From: Octopus bimaculoides
Taxonomy: Eukaryota
Assembly (NCBI RefSeq): GCF_001194135.2
Contig: NC_068996.1
Coordinates: 18,490,659-18,526,177 of the forward strand
Reading direction: 5' to 3'
DNA length: 35,519 nt
Numbering within the stretch: position 1 is the first letter of the stretch; every line of letters begins with the position of its first letter. The notes under the pieces are model-generated. The model was given only the letters and a program-made list of their open reading frames with translations, did not search any database and was not told the DNA's origin. Shown here in pieces: positions 21,978 through 34,800 of the stretch. The position numbers and the translations under genes are program-made.

Positions 21978-22257
21978 AATATACCCAACTGTACAAAGGA
22001 TCTCACACATTTTCATAAACGAAAAGGCAAAACATGCAATGAAAATTCCATAATGGAATGAAGACACATCTCAGCAAGAGGTGTCCATCATTGTCACATC
22101 TGCGCAAAAGAGTTTAGGTCTCTAACAGGACTGAAAAGCATCCTCTGTGCAGCTCATGTTTAAGAGAAAGATCAAACGATGGTATTGCTTGGAATCAAGT
22201 TGCAGCTCATCATCTCCCTATTTAGCTATCTGTTTGTCTTAGAAAATAAGTTCTAGG

Positions 22258-22342
22258 AGGGATTTTTCGACTAAAATTCTTCAAGGCAGTGCCCCAGCAC
22301 GGCCGCAGTCTAGTAACTGAAACAAGTAAAAGATAAAAGATA
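22258..22342 (+). mobile_element. Family A SINE 3' terminal fragment
   Basis: TTCGACTAAAATTCTTCAAGGCAGTGCCCCAGCACGGCCGCAGTC...ACTGAAACAAGTAAAAGA. Confidence 0.75.
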
Positions 22343-22724
22343 GATATACATATCACCGCGCGCACCCATGTGGTGTATGATACTTAACCGAAGATAAAAA
22401 AAAAGAAAGAGAAAAAGTATATCAAGCATTTATAATTATGATGGTGTTCGTGCTAATTTGTCGGCGTTGACAGATGTGAAGATCTAAATTAATCTAGTAG
22501 ACACTAGTTTGGCAATGTTGCACTGTATTATTTATTAAGCTTTAGGCTCCAGTGAAAGACGAGCAGTATTTAATGAAATATATCGTTAATCTTGACACAA
22601 AAGCTTTTTATTAACATTCATTATTAGACTCTTGTAATTTCCCCCCCTCATCCCACCTAAACAAACATAGCTACAATTTCATATTAGCAATCTCTGTCTG
22701 TCTTTCTCTCTTTCTCTCCATCGC

Positions 22725-23036
22725 TGTCCTTATTTTGTCTGTCGGTCTATCTGTCGTCTGCCTCTCTCTTTCTCTTTCTGTCTTTTTCCACCCGTCTGTC
22801 GGTCTATCTGTAGTCTCTCACACTCATTCTTTCTCTTTCCCTCTCTCTTTCTCTCTCTTCACCCCCGTACTTATTTTGTTAGTCGGTTTATCTGTTATCT
22901 ACCTCACTCTCTCACTCTTTCTCTCTCTTTCCACCCCGCCCTTATTTTATCTCTTGGTCTATCTTTCGTCTGCCTGTCTCTCTCTCTCTCCCTTTTTCTC
23001 CACCCCCGACCTTATTTTGTCTGTTGGTGTATCTGT

Positions 23037-23100
<64 letters not shown>
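22725..23100. repeat. Degenerate ~65-70-bp minisatellite with embedded (CT)n
   Basis: Unit CACCCCCG-CCTTATTTTGTCTGTCGGTCTATCTGTCGTCT-(CT)n, about 5 copies. Confidence 0.75.
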
Positions 23101-23108
<8 letters not shown>

Positions 23109-23269
23109 ATACACACGCACTCAATATTTTTGTGCCTCGAGAGGATTTTAATAAAATCGCCACATGAAACTCCGGAACTCATCTTTTAATAAAGATACCC
23201 CCATCAATTGAAAAGCCCGTGTTTGTCTGCCATTGACTTGTAAACCTACTCCCTTTTCTTAATGTAGAT

Positions 23270-23405
23270 CGTTTTCAGAATCTTGTTTGGTCTTTTCCTT
23301 TTAATAATTTCCCAAACTTTTTAGACTATCTTGATGTACCAGTTGCTGTCCACACTACAGCCATAGTCCAGAAAATTAAGGAGAATGTCGCCCTCGTCAT
23401 GTAAA
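23270..23405 (-). pseudogene. Old mariner transposase catalytic-domain fragment
   Basis: HDEGDILLNFLDYGCSVDSNWYIKIV*KVWEIIKRKRPNK resembles WD.xG.IL.DFL..G.T.NS..Y...L.KL..AIKRKRP. Confidence 0.5.
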
Positions 23406-23437
23406 AATAAAGCAAAAAACAAGAAAGAAAAAAAAAA

Positions 23438-23605
23438 CTTGCTTCTCAACCACATGGTTCCGGGTTCAGTGCCATTGCGTGACATCTTGAAGAAGTGTCT
23501 TCTATTATAGCCTCGGATCAATCAATGCCTTGTGAGTGGATTTGGNNNNNNNNNNNNNNNNNNNNNNNNNNNNNNNNNNNNNNNNNNNNNNNNNNNNNNN
23601 NNNNN

Positions 23606-23651
<46 letters not shown>

Positions 23652-23720
23652 CTTTGTGTCTATGTTTGTCCCCCACCACCGCTTTATAACTGGTGCTGGT
23701 GTATTTATGTCTCCGTAACG
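23438..23720 (+). mobile_element. Family A SINE spanning an N-gap at its central (TG)n
   Basis: 5' half ends at gap 23546-23605; (GT)n then 3' half TGTCTATGTTTGTCCCCC... Confidence 0.82.
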
Positions 23721-24082
23721 GAGCACACCTTCTGTAGATGTTGGATAGCCAATACGCTTTCTTCATTGCCAACTCTATAATGGTATGCTGTTTCTGCATG
23801 GGTTACTGTAGCAGAAGAGTTACTCTACAAACATGTGTGAATTGAATGACATACGTCTGTTGTAAAAGAGTTATGCCAGCGTTGTATTACTTTTGGTAAA
23901 ACAATCGGATAACACCACATCAGTATTGGCCGAAACTATTGACATTCCTCGTTCACATGTATAAAAAAAGAATAGTGTTGAGTCGTGATGGAATTATCCA
24001 GCGTTAGTTGTCCCAAATATAGAGGTGATTTAAAGAAATTATAATACACAATCATTACCGCAATAGTATTAACAACAACAGT

Positions 24083-24512
24083 AATGGTTTCAAAATTTGG
24101 CACAAAGCCAGCAAGTTCGGGGAAGGAGGCTAGTCGATTATATCGACACCAGTGTTCTACCTGGTACTTATTTTATCGGCCCCAAAAGGGTAAAAGACTA
24201 AATCGATTTCGGTGGAATTTGAACTCAGAACAAAGAAAGGGGCGAAGCGTCGCTAAGCATTTTTCCCGGCGTCCTAACGATTCTGCCAGTTCCCTGCGTT
24301 AATAATAATGATGATGATGATAATTATTCTTCCACATTTAGACACAAGGCTAGCAATTTCGAGGTGAGAGGATTAGTCAATATCATCGATCGCAGTACTT
24401 AACCGGTGCTTTATTTTATCGACCCTTGTAGGGATAAATAGCGAAGTTGACCTCAACTGAGAATGTAGAGCCGGAAGGCATTTTGTCCGACGCTCTTATG
24501 ATTCTGCCAATC
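24083..24512 (-). mobile_element. Two head-to-tail family B SINE copies
   Basis: 24083-24298 and about 24330-24512, separated by (AAT)(GAT)n. Confidence 0.82.
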
Positions 24513-25363
24513 TACTACCATCGTAATTATAAGTCTAATACGATGCAGACGCGCGCGCACGCGCACACACGTACAGACGCACACGTACAGACGCACGCAC
24601 CGACTCATACAACACACTCTGTGCACGAAACAGACACATGATCTGTAGCAATGAAAGGAAACAGAGACACAAAGTTGTAAGAGTGTGCAATTATGTCGGC
24701 AAGACAGGGTGAATGACGTGGAGTGGGGTGGGCGGTCTGACACGGGATTTTAGAGTGGGGTACTGAAGGCGGCTGAGCGACTCCCGAGAATGCAAAAATA
24801 ACTAAATGCCCTGTGTCATAGTTGTGAAAGAACAAAAGCAAATTCAACAACGACGACTGTCTCTTGTTTGGTGTTTGGGGAAGACTATACGGATCGGTGT
24901 AGTAATTGTAGAACTAACCCCGTTTCACCCTATTTCACCTTACCCGGTTAACTTGAAATCTTGTTCAGATCACCGACATAGCAATTTCCTATTGCCTCTG
25001 CTGTATCTTACCTCCCGGTAACTTTGTCTCCTGCTGAGTGAGATTACACTGGGATGAAATGAAATCTATCCCAGATTGCCCCTGGGTGGTAGCCGGAAGG
25101 TAATTTCATCTTTGCCAATATGATTTCATATTACACAATATTTACTCATCGCGTTTTATCGCAGCAGTAGCGGCAGTAGAAGTAGTTATATTAGCAATAG
25201 CAACAGCAGCAGCAGCATAAAAGTAGATAAAGGCCAACTCAGAGTTGTAATATAAAATTGATTTCAGATTGCCAAGGTGGTGGGGAGTAACTTGAAATGT
25301 AGGTACACGGGAAGTCAAGAAAAACGAACGTTGCGACATATACCAGAATTAGAGTAAAGCCGG

Positions 25364-26125
25364 TTTTACTTGTTTCAGTCATTAGACTGCGGTCATGCCG
25401 GGGCATTACCTGGAAGAATTTTCAGTCGAAGGAATCGACTCCAGTACGTATTCTGTTTTTGAAAATCTGATACTTATTCTGTCAGTCACTTTGCCAAACC
25501 GCTAAGTTATAGGGACACAAACACACCAACACTAGATGTTAATCGGTGATGGATGACAAATAAATACAAACGCATGCGCATGCCCCCCCCCCNNNNNNNN
25601 NNNNNNNNNNNNNNNNNNNNNNNNNNNNNNNNNNNNNNNNNNNNNNNNNNNNNNNNNNNNNNNNNNNNNNNNNNNNNNNNNNNNNNNNNNNNNNNNNNNN
25701 NNNNNNNNNNNNNNNNNNNNNNNNNNNNNNNNNNNNNNNNNNNNNNNNNNNNNNNNNNNNNNNNNNNNNNNNNNNNNNNNNNNNNNNNNNNNNNNNNNNN
25801 NNNNNNNNNNNNNNNNNNNNNNNNNNNNNNNNNNNNNNNNNNNNNNNNNNNNNNNNNNNNNNNNNNNNNNNNNNNNNNNNNNNNNNNNNNNNNNNNNNNN
25901 NNNNNNNNNNNNNNNNNNNNNNNNNNNNNNNNNNNNNNNNNNNNNNNNNNNNNNNNNNNNNNNNNNNNNNNNNNNNNNNNNNNNNNNNNNNNNNNTGGAC
26001 AGGCCTCTTTCAGTTCCTGTCTACCAAATTTGTCAAGGCTTTCATCGGCCCAAGATGCCACGCATTGAAACTGAACCTTGAAGCATGTAGTTGGGAAGCA
26101 AGCTTCTTACTGCACAGCCATGCTT
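25364..26125 (-). mobile_element. Family A SINE split by N-gap at its centre
   Basis: 3' half 25364-25570, gap 25593-25995, 5' half 25996-26125. Confidence 0.8.
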
Positions 26126-26409
26126 GCATTCTGTTTTTGAAAATCTGCATCTATTCGACTGAGTTCGTTCTCGTGAAAAACCACTGGAAGTTTCTTCCAA
26201 ATTCTAACTATTTAAGTGCAAAAAGATATAGAATTTGGGTTTTGGCCTTAAGCTTTAAGACGTTATACGGAGGTATATACATACTGGCCTTTATAAAACG
26301 TTGTCTTAATACTAAAGTAGTAACACTGCTGTGGGTTTTGATGGGCTCTCTCCTGTGTTCTTTTAACAGAAAACTGTTGTTGCAGCAAACTTTATCCTGG
26401 CTTTCTTAG

Positions 26410-26900
26410 CTGTTAATCACAAGATCTCTTTGCATCCCTAATTTCTTTAATTGTACTGATCCTAAGAACATTTTACCTGACTGCTGGTGGTTATTTAAGT
26501 ATACTCTATAACATATTTGCCCTGCATAGGCAAGTATATATCAGAATACTTCAGACTAGAGGGTTTTTTTTTAACTGTGGCCAGCTTGCTGACAAAATTC
26601 TTAGAAAGCCTCTGGGTAATCCTAGGTTTGTTGGCCAGCAACGTGGACATCATTCTCTAGATGTTGACATGTAGTCCACTGATGTCTTCCGGTTAAATTT
26701 CAGTTCGGCCATGGTCTCGTATTCCTTTTGAGTGGTCCTAATAAAGTTTTGTACTTTTGTATCAGCATTGTCCTTTCTTTTGTCATCCATGTTAGTGTTC
26801 CATTTTCTATGCAATCAGTTAAAAAATGGTCGTACAATTGTTTGCATGTGCCATAAGATCTCCAACTTGATAGTTCGAACACCTTCAGTTTCCGTACCGA
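26410..26900 (-). pseudogene. R4/Dong-like non-LTR RT N-terminal fragment
   Basis: ENGTLTWMTKERTMLIQK...NTRP (P.WMT.GRT.LI.K..N.RP.TC) and RGCKEILVIN in shifted frames. Confidence 0.65.
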
Positions 26901-28014
26901 TGGCTCGATGGTCCTTAAGAAGAAATGAGAATGAACTGGCTTGGCGGACCGTGTTTATGATTCGAAACAGATCTGTTAGGTAACCATCTGGTCAGTTCAC
27001 TGAACTTATGCTGCTTAAAGCTGGATCGAAACCAGCTACATTGAGGACTGCTGGAAAGTAGCTATGGTTGACCCTATCGAAAGCTATCGATTGATTCAAA
27101 TTTCTCCAAGTTGTATCGAAGCAAAGTTTGTCATCCTGTCTCTATAAAGTGGAAGTTGTCGTGGTAGATCGGCCCAGGTTTGCACAGATGTCTTTTGCCG
27201 ATTATTCTGCCAATAGCAAGTGCTAACCTCTTTCCTAGTGCCTTAAAATGGACATTCAGAGGTTGTGGGTTGAAAATTATTGATAATGTCTTTCTTGTTG
27301 GCATCATTTCATTTCTGTCAATCTCTGGTTCACAGAACTGAAAATTCTATCATTCTGCTACCATTTGCAGCAACATCTGCCAGGACACCCGCCAATAAGT
27401 CTGGCACGTATACGTAAATCTTGAAGAGCAGACTATTCTAACCAGACAATTTTTGCTTTGCAGAAACACACCGCTACTAACTATAACTAAGCTGTTATTA
27501 TTGGTTTTTCGCAGTATTTTTGCGTCTTCTGTCAGGACAGCGGAAACACAAAAATCCATTACTATCTCATGTCCGTCACCACCGCTGCTTTTTGAACAAA
27601 CTGTGACTAAAATACATGTGAAATCAAGTAGCACACGTTTTATACTAGTCGGTCAAATGGTGAATTATAGCTGTTTCCACATCACGCCCCTGACACTTAG
27701 GCCCATCGAATTACTTTCATTCTCCCGTTCCTAAGACCAGTCAGGCGCCATAGTTCTGACAACACAACCTTCGCGTTGAAGAAATAGCCAAGGGTCATTC
27801 TACCACTAATCGCTTCTAATTTATTCAATATATCCTCCTCCAATTTTTTTTTTCTTTTTTTTTTCCGACCAATACCCGCTTGCCAATACTTGCTTGATTC
27901 TACATAAATTGCCCAGTTCAGAGTCACCCGCCGCTGCGTGTTGACGACCACTCCCGTCAAATACATACATACCGACTCTTTCTCTGTTGGCCAAAACTCT
28001 TGTAATAAAACTGA

Positions 28015-28490
28015 ATAATGACATACATACGTACACACATTCTCATATATACACACGCACGTACACACGCGTGCGCATTCTCATATACACATACATACAA
28101 CCACACATACATACATACATACATACATACATACATACATACATACATACATACATACATACATACATACATACATACATACATACATACATACATACAT
28201 ACATACATACATACATACATACATACATACATACATACATACATACATACATACATACATACATACATACATACATACATACATACATACATACATACAT
28301 ACATACATACATACATACATACATGTATGTATGTGTGTGGGTGTATAACTTTAAAATAAACTGTGTATGTATGCGTAGGTATATATAATGTATGTACATA
28401 CATACATCATATATATATATGTGTGTGTGAGACATATAAATGCATGTACTTGTGTGCGCGCGCTTACACTCATATACACATACAAACGCA
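28015..28490. repeat. (CATA)n microsatellite with CA/TA flanks
   Basis: Perfect CATA run about 28107-28323. Confidence 0.95.
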
Positions 28491-28544
28491 CATCTCTGTG
28501 CTAGCCATTACTAAATTTCTTGGTTTATAGTCTTAGACCCCTTA

Positions 28545-28612
28545 TAGCCTAGGTGACTAGTCGATTGTATCACCCCAATGTTTCGCTGGTACTTTATCGA
28601 CTCCGAAAGGAT
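28545..28612 (-). mobile_element. Family B SINE fragment
   Basis: GACTAGTCGATTGTATCACCCC...CTGGTACTTTATCGACTCCGAAAGGATGA. Confidence 0.65.
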
Positions 28613-29184
28613 GAGACGCAAAGCCAACCTCCTATTGGTTGCTCTACTAATCCCTGTTCTTGTTCTGCTTCAGTTCCTTCCTATTCGCACTCTTTCAGTT
28701 TTATGGAGATCTTCAGTTCCAACCGGTATAACCACTATCTCATTACGATTAGAGTTTTCTAGTCTTGTGTTGTACCTGATTTTAGTAGGCTCTTTTCTTT
28801 AATAACATTCCATTACAGTTCCGTTGTCGTTTTGAGTTCATTTTCTTCTAATCTTAGTAGTATTTGGATAACAACCAGGCCCACCCTGCTGTACAGTGGA
28901 ACACTTACCGTGCAAAAGACATTCACACGGAGCACAAAGAAGACTGTAGAGATGAGGTGTCACAGCCACCAGTGTTTTATCGAGACACTGTCTCTAGGGG
29001 GTTGTCAGCCAAGGCTAAAGAGACCCACCTCCCTCTGTGATAGATTTATCTGCATGAAAGCTTTCGCTGCCGTTTTTGTTCTCGAGGCATTCTTTATTAC
29101 TACTGCTATCCTAAGTGGTATTAATGGCGTCATCGGCAGCGGTTTGTAAAGAGATGGGAAGTCAGTAATTATAGATCTATTATA

Positions 29185-30545
29185 CGTTTTACCTAACTGG
29201 CCTCACAGCAGATGAAATATAGAATTTTCTGGAAAAGGAGAATTTACTGCCAGTGGAGCAAAAAAGGATGCAGAAAGAAGTCAAGGGGAACTGTTGATCT
29301 GCATTTTCCAGGGATTCTCACTCACTCTGCTGCTCTTCGTCATTGCGTTAATCCCTCTGATAAGTATACAGAGGAAATCCATCATCCGCTTTACATGGAT
29401 GACCACAAACTATATATAAAAATGAGATAGCCCTAGACTCTTTGATCCAAACAGTGAGAGTATTCAGTACAGATATTGAAATGCAGTTTGGAATAAATAA
29501 ATACGCAGTAATAATTATGAAGAGAGGCCGGAAAGTAAACCCTGATGGCAAAAAATTACCACAACAGAACATCATTAGATTGCTGTAAAATAATGAGTGC
29601 TGTAAGGATAATGGAAGGAGACATGAGAGAAAATCTCTAAAGAGTTCAAGAGGAGAATTACGAAGCTACTCGAAACGAAATTAGACGAAGAAAGGTTGCA
29701 GGGGACTACGATATTGGGGTTGAAAAATTATGCTGTACGGTGTGAAGAAAGAATACTACTGATAGCTAGAGATGTCTAAAATGTAACTGAAACAGTAGGA
29801 GAATTGAAGAATAGAGCAAGCAGATGGAGAGAAATGGAATTGCATCACCGATTAATGCCACCAACGGAAGATGTGGTAAGTGAAGAACGCTGGCTCTGAC
29901 TGACCAACCGAAATCTGAAATGAGAGACCACAGCGCTAATTATAGCTCCTCAGGAACAAACTATTAGGACGGATCTGATAGAAGCAAAGATTGACAAAAC
30001 TTAGACATCAAAGGTAGAATTTGCAGGAAAGGGGACGAATTATGAATCATCTCTTCAATGTGTGCAGTAAGCTAGCATAAAAATAGTATAAGCGCAGACA
30101 TGACTATGTAGATATATATATAAAAACAAGTGCATTGGGATGTTAGCCGAGTATGTGACTTTAAAGCAACAGTAAAGCGGTGAGAACACGAACTAGAGGC
30201 TGTGACAGAGAATAAATATTACTGGATCTTATGGGAGTTCCCCATAAAGACCAGATATGATTATAGAGAACAAACTAGTGTGAGATCATCGACTTTGCAA
30301 TTCCTTGTTATAACAGTCGATACCATAGAAACTGAGAGAGAGAGAGAGAGATCAGAATCTAACCAGAATTGAAAAGACTGTACAAGACTGAAACAGCAAT
30401 TATTCCTGTGGTAAATGACACATTTGGCACAACACTCAAAATGCTACGTAAAAGATATTAGAAATGAGATTCGCGTTGTTCACCGCGAAAGGACCATCCT
30501 GTGTTCTGTAAGAATCCTAAGAAAAATTCAAGAGATTTGAAGAAA
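29185..30545 (+). mobile_element. R4/Dong-like non-LTR retrotransposon 3' part, decayed (RT, Zn knuckle, RLE)
   Basis: LLPVEQKGCRKKSRG; IFQGDSL..LLFVIALIPL; HPLYMDDHKLY...LIQTVRVFSTDI.MQFG; ET.ALIIA.QEQTI.T; YKRRHD.V...HW; AIIPVV motifs across frameshifts. Confidence 0.82.
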
Positions 30546-30624
30546 TTTGTGGTCAACAAACCTCAAGACAACTTTCCTGTTGATTAAAATTTGCATGTAT
30601 TACGTTAATGATGAGGATAATAAA

Positions 30625-31100
30625 TCTTTTCTACCCTTGGTACAAGGCCTGATATTTTGGGGGAAGGGAGTTAGTCGTTTATATCGATTTAGTACTCAAC
30701 TGGTAAATTTTTTATCTTCGCGAAATTTGAACTCGGAGTATAAAGACGGACGAAATGCCACTAAACATTTTGTCCGGCGTGCTAACGATTCTACTAGTTC
30801 ACTGCAACAATAGTGATGATGATGATAATAATAATAATACAAATAATAACCAGTCTTCTTATATACACAAGACCGAAAGTATGAAAGGCAAAGTCCACTT
30901 TGACAGAATTTGAACTCAGAACGTATAAAGACTGGAAGAAATACCGCTAATCGTTTGTCTAGCGCAGAAACGATTCTAATATTGGCCTAAAACTTCCAGT
31001 TTTTGAAGAGTGATCACACGATTAAATTTCTCAGTATACAACTGGTATCCTACCATATCAACTCATGAAAGATGAAAGACTAATTTGACCTCGGCGTCGT
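30625..31100 (-). mobile_element. Three partial head-to-tail family B SINE copies
   Basis: About 30625-30805, 30871-30980 and 30981-31100, with a (GAT)(AAT)n spacer after the first. Confidence 0.75.
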
Positions 31101-32259
31101 TTTCAAGAATCATATTTCTTTATTTATCACGGGAGGAAATAAAACAAGAATACGTTTGTCATCGTTACCAACCTGAGATTTAATGACAGTAACGTTGAGT
31201 AACATGAAAGCCCCTACACGGCCATTCGACCTCCAGGAAATAACAGCTAAATTTATCTCAATTCATTTCCCTATAGTTCTTTAAAGTTTCACATATACAA
31301 TGTCTAGCAAAGATTAAATAAAGATGGTCGCGGATGAATTTATTTTTTTGATCCGAATTTTTATCAAGTCGGAATTGATCCGGACAGAAACAGTGGCAAC
31401 AACGATAACAACAAATAAGATGAGGAGAAAATTAACTACAGTAACGTTGATCCACCGCAGTTGTTGATCGAAGGACTGATAGCTGGCTTGTCCAGTCACT
31501 CAATCACTCATTCACACGTAGACTCTAATGATCAAAGCTCTCACACACCACACAAAAACAGCTGGAAAGCAAAATGAAAGTGTTGACAGAAAGTTGTTGG
31601 CAGTAAAGATACCGTTGATAGTTGGGTTTTTTTTAAAGCCGTTAGAGGTTTTTAGTTTGTTTTATTTTATTTTATTTTTTCTTCAGTTTTGTAATCTAAC
31701 AACTGTGACATTTATTTGATATTTGCTTCTTACAATTCCTTCTTGGCTCCTCTCTTGGTCTTCTTCCTCTATCTTGATTTAATTATCTTCAACCGTACAT
31801 TTCCTTTTTGTATCTTCTTTAATACGTCCATACGTGATTGCGCATGTTTCTCACTCACTTCCACTCTCTCCTCAGTGAGTACACTCACGACGCACGTGTT
31901 AATGTGTATGTGGGATGTGTGTGTGTGTATATATATATGTGTGTGTGCGCGCGCACACACACGCACAGAAATATGTGTGTCTGTGTGAATGAATATATAT
32001 TCATCTGAATACACGCACACACACATACACGCGAATGTGTGTGTGTAACTTCAGAAAATTACCTGATGAAATGGATGATGAATAACAATACGACTTCGCC
32101 GTATTTGAGCTAAACCACGCTATTAAAATGCGTGTAGTGATGTTTTAAATTATTCGTTCATTTTTGTTTACTGAACACACAGTTTCATTGAAGTTTCGCT
32201 ACAGGAACCTAGCTTGTCGGATTGTAACGAGCTTACTAAAGTGCAAATGGCCACACCAA

Positions 32260-32297
32260 ACTGAATGAATGTGTGTGTGTGTGTGTATGTGTGTGTA

Positions 32298-32337
<40 letters not shown>

Positions 32338-32433
32338 CATATACCCATACATAAATTTTAATATAGACATATTCTCATACAAACTCACATAAACACACAT
32401 ACATATACACACGCACGCACATACGTATATTTG

Positions 32434-32464
<31 letters not shown>

Positions 32465-32475
32465 CACACACAGTT
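32260..32475. repeat. Compound TG/TA/CA microsatellite
   Basis: Direct observation. Confidence 0.9.
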
Positions 32476-32679
32476 ATCAATTGTGGAACATGACTGTATC
32501 TACATAAACCTGATGATTGCATAACGCATAAAAGTATTAGTTTTATCACAATAGATATATAATATTCTGTTATTATAATACTTTAACACTGTAAAAATTG
32601 TAAATAATAAAACGTGAGTCAGTCTACGTTGGAATTTTTTTGATTAATATATTCTTCTATACACAATCATACAAACTCG

Positions 32680-32720
32680 GATATGTATGCATGTATGTAT
32701 GCATGTATTATGTATGTATG

Positions 32721-32790
<70 letters not shown>

Positions 32791-33186
32791 CCTGCCTGTC
32801 TGTCTGTCTATACATACATACATACGTACATACATACATACTTACATACATACTTACATACATATATTTCAAATAGATATGAGCATAGAGATACATACGT
32901 ATACATATATATATATATACATGTATATGTTTGTATATGTATATATTTATATATATACACACGTATGTGTATATATGTATGTGTGCATATGTATATATAT
33001 GTATGTGTATACTTACATGTATGTATGTATATGTATATATACATGTATGTATTTATGTATGTATATAAATATATGTGTATGTGTGTGTATATTTATATAT
33101 ATGTATACGTATATGTATGTGTACATATGTATATTTATGTATGTACATATATATATGTGTGTATATATATATGTATATATGTATAC
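32680..33186. repeat. (TATG)n/(TATC)n/(CATA)n/TA-rich compound microsatellite
   Basis: Direct observation; source of ORFs 32683..33276 and 32687..33241. Confidence 0.92.
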
Positions 33187-33560
33187 TCTTTTTACTTGTT
33201 TCAGTCATTTGACTGCGGCCATGCTAGTGCACCGCCTTTAGTTGAGCAAATCGACCCCAGGACTTATTGTTTGTAAGCCTAGTACTTATTCTATCAGTCC
33301 TTTTTGCCGAACCGCTAAGTTACGGGGACGTAAATACATCACCATCGGTTGTCAAGCAATGTTGGGTGGACACACACACACACATACATGTATGTACGAC
33401 GGGCTCCTTTCAGTTTCCGTCTACCAAATCTACTCACAACGCTTTGGTCGGCCTAAGGCTATAGTAGAAGACACTTGCCTAAGGTGCTACGCAGTGGAAC
33501 TGAACCCGGAACCATGTGGTTGGTAAGCAAGCTACTTACCACACAGCCACACCTGCGCCT
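33187..33560 (-). mobile_element. Family A SINE, full length (tRNA head, CORE-like block, central (TG)n, 3' tail)
   Basis: Minus strand: TGGCTGTGTGG A box, GGTTCAGTTCC B box, ACCTTAGGCAAGTGTCTT, central TG repeat, ends ACTGAAACAAGTAAAAAGA; TA-rich tracts on both sides. Confidence 0.9.
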
Positions 33561-33615
33561 ATATATATATATATGTATAGACATATGTATATGTAAATAT
33601 GTATATATATATATG

Positions 33616-33648
<33 letters not shown>

Positions 33649-33722
33649 AAAGGACTTCTTGCCCTCAAACACTTCCTAGACCGACCCGTCCACTCTTTTA
33701 CGTGTGACCGATNNNNNNNNNN

Positions 33723-34800
33723 TGGCTACGTTGTGGTCCAAATATTTTCAAGCTTCACTCGTCCGACTCCCGAACTATACGGTCGTTATATTGATGACTT
33801 TGTCGGTGCGACCTCTTTATTCCACGAACAATTAGACTCCTTCCTCTCTTTTGCCCAATCCTTCCATCCTGCCCTCGAATTCTCCTGCACCATTTCCAAC
33901 ACTTCCGTCACCTTACTCCACATTTCGCTCAACATACCCAAGTCCGCTCTTACTACTTCCATACACTACAAGCACGCCGACTCACAGTCATACCTCAACT
34001 TCTCACCCTTCCACCCTACCCACACCAAGCTCTCCATCCCCTACTCTCAATTCGTCTGCGCAGGTTCTGCAGTGACGACCTTGACTTTGAGACTGTCTCA
34101 ACTCATGGCTCGCCACTTCATCCTTCGTGGATATCCCCTCTTCACTATCCACACCGCCGTTGCCAGAGCACGTTTTGTGGTCCGTGCCTCTGCTCTCTCT
34201 TCTCCCACCCGTCCGTTGCCCGTTTCCCGCTTCCCCGAGCTTTCCGGCGACGCCAGTCTGACCCCTCCACTTCACATTTCTTCCCCAACCTACCCCTCCT
34301 CTCCTTCAAACGATCCCACAACCTATGTGACCTCCTGGTCCACAGTTTCTTCCCTAACCCTACCACTGACTCGTTCCCCTGTTCCCGCCTACGCTTCCAC
34401 ATTTGCTCCTTCCTCTCCAACACTACCTTCCTCACAGGCACCCATCATCGCCCCTATCATATCACTAACTCCTTTATCTGCACTTCTAGTAACGCTATTT
34501 ACTGCATCTCCTGCTCTTTCTGTCCTTCTCTATACATCGGTTAAACGGAACGCCGATTGGCTGACTCGGCAAACACATTCTGGTCTCGTGCCATTCCCGC
34601 TCTACCGGTCATTCATTACAACACCTGCCTGTGTTCGGATTGTCTTTGCACAGGGATCATCCCACCTTCGCCGTGAGCAGGAATTAATCGTCTCTCTTCG
34701 CTCCTTTGCGCCACATGGGCTTAACTTCCTATCTCTCCCCTCGTCATCTGACTGCCCTCTTTTCCTTTCTTCATGTAACACCTACTTCTCATCATTCTTA
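33723..34800 (+). pseudogene. Penelope-like RT C-terminal half plus GIY-YIG (frameshifted)
   Basis: YGRYIDDF...FHPALEFS...TSIHYK...SQSYLNF...HP..TKLSIPYSQF; shifted frame gives FICTSSNAIYCISC..CPSLYIG*TERRLAD. Confidence 0.9.

Noticed and set aside
26945-26985. GAAACAGATCTGTT palindromic stem-III look-alike
   Set aside because: It has no stem II and the upstream core (TTTATGA) is too divergent.
27957-28435. ORFs of (MYVC)n/(HTYI)n and similar ones at 51-338, 5139-5429, 16122-16593 and 32683-33276
   Set aside because: These are translations of simple repeats.
31314-31500. Short ORFs near 31.3-31.5 kb
   Set aside because: No recognisable domain; all frames terminate quickly.
32060-32110. Other CTGATGA/CTGAAGA hits as hammerheads (also 7107, 12945, 14218, and 21489 on -)
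   Set aside because: None has a correctly placed GAAA/NUH with stems; two lie within retroelement coding remnants.
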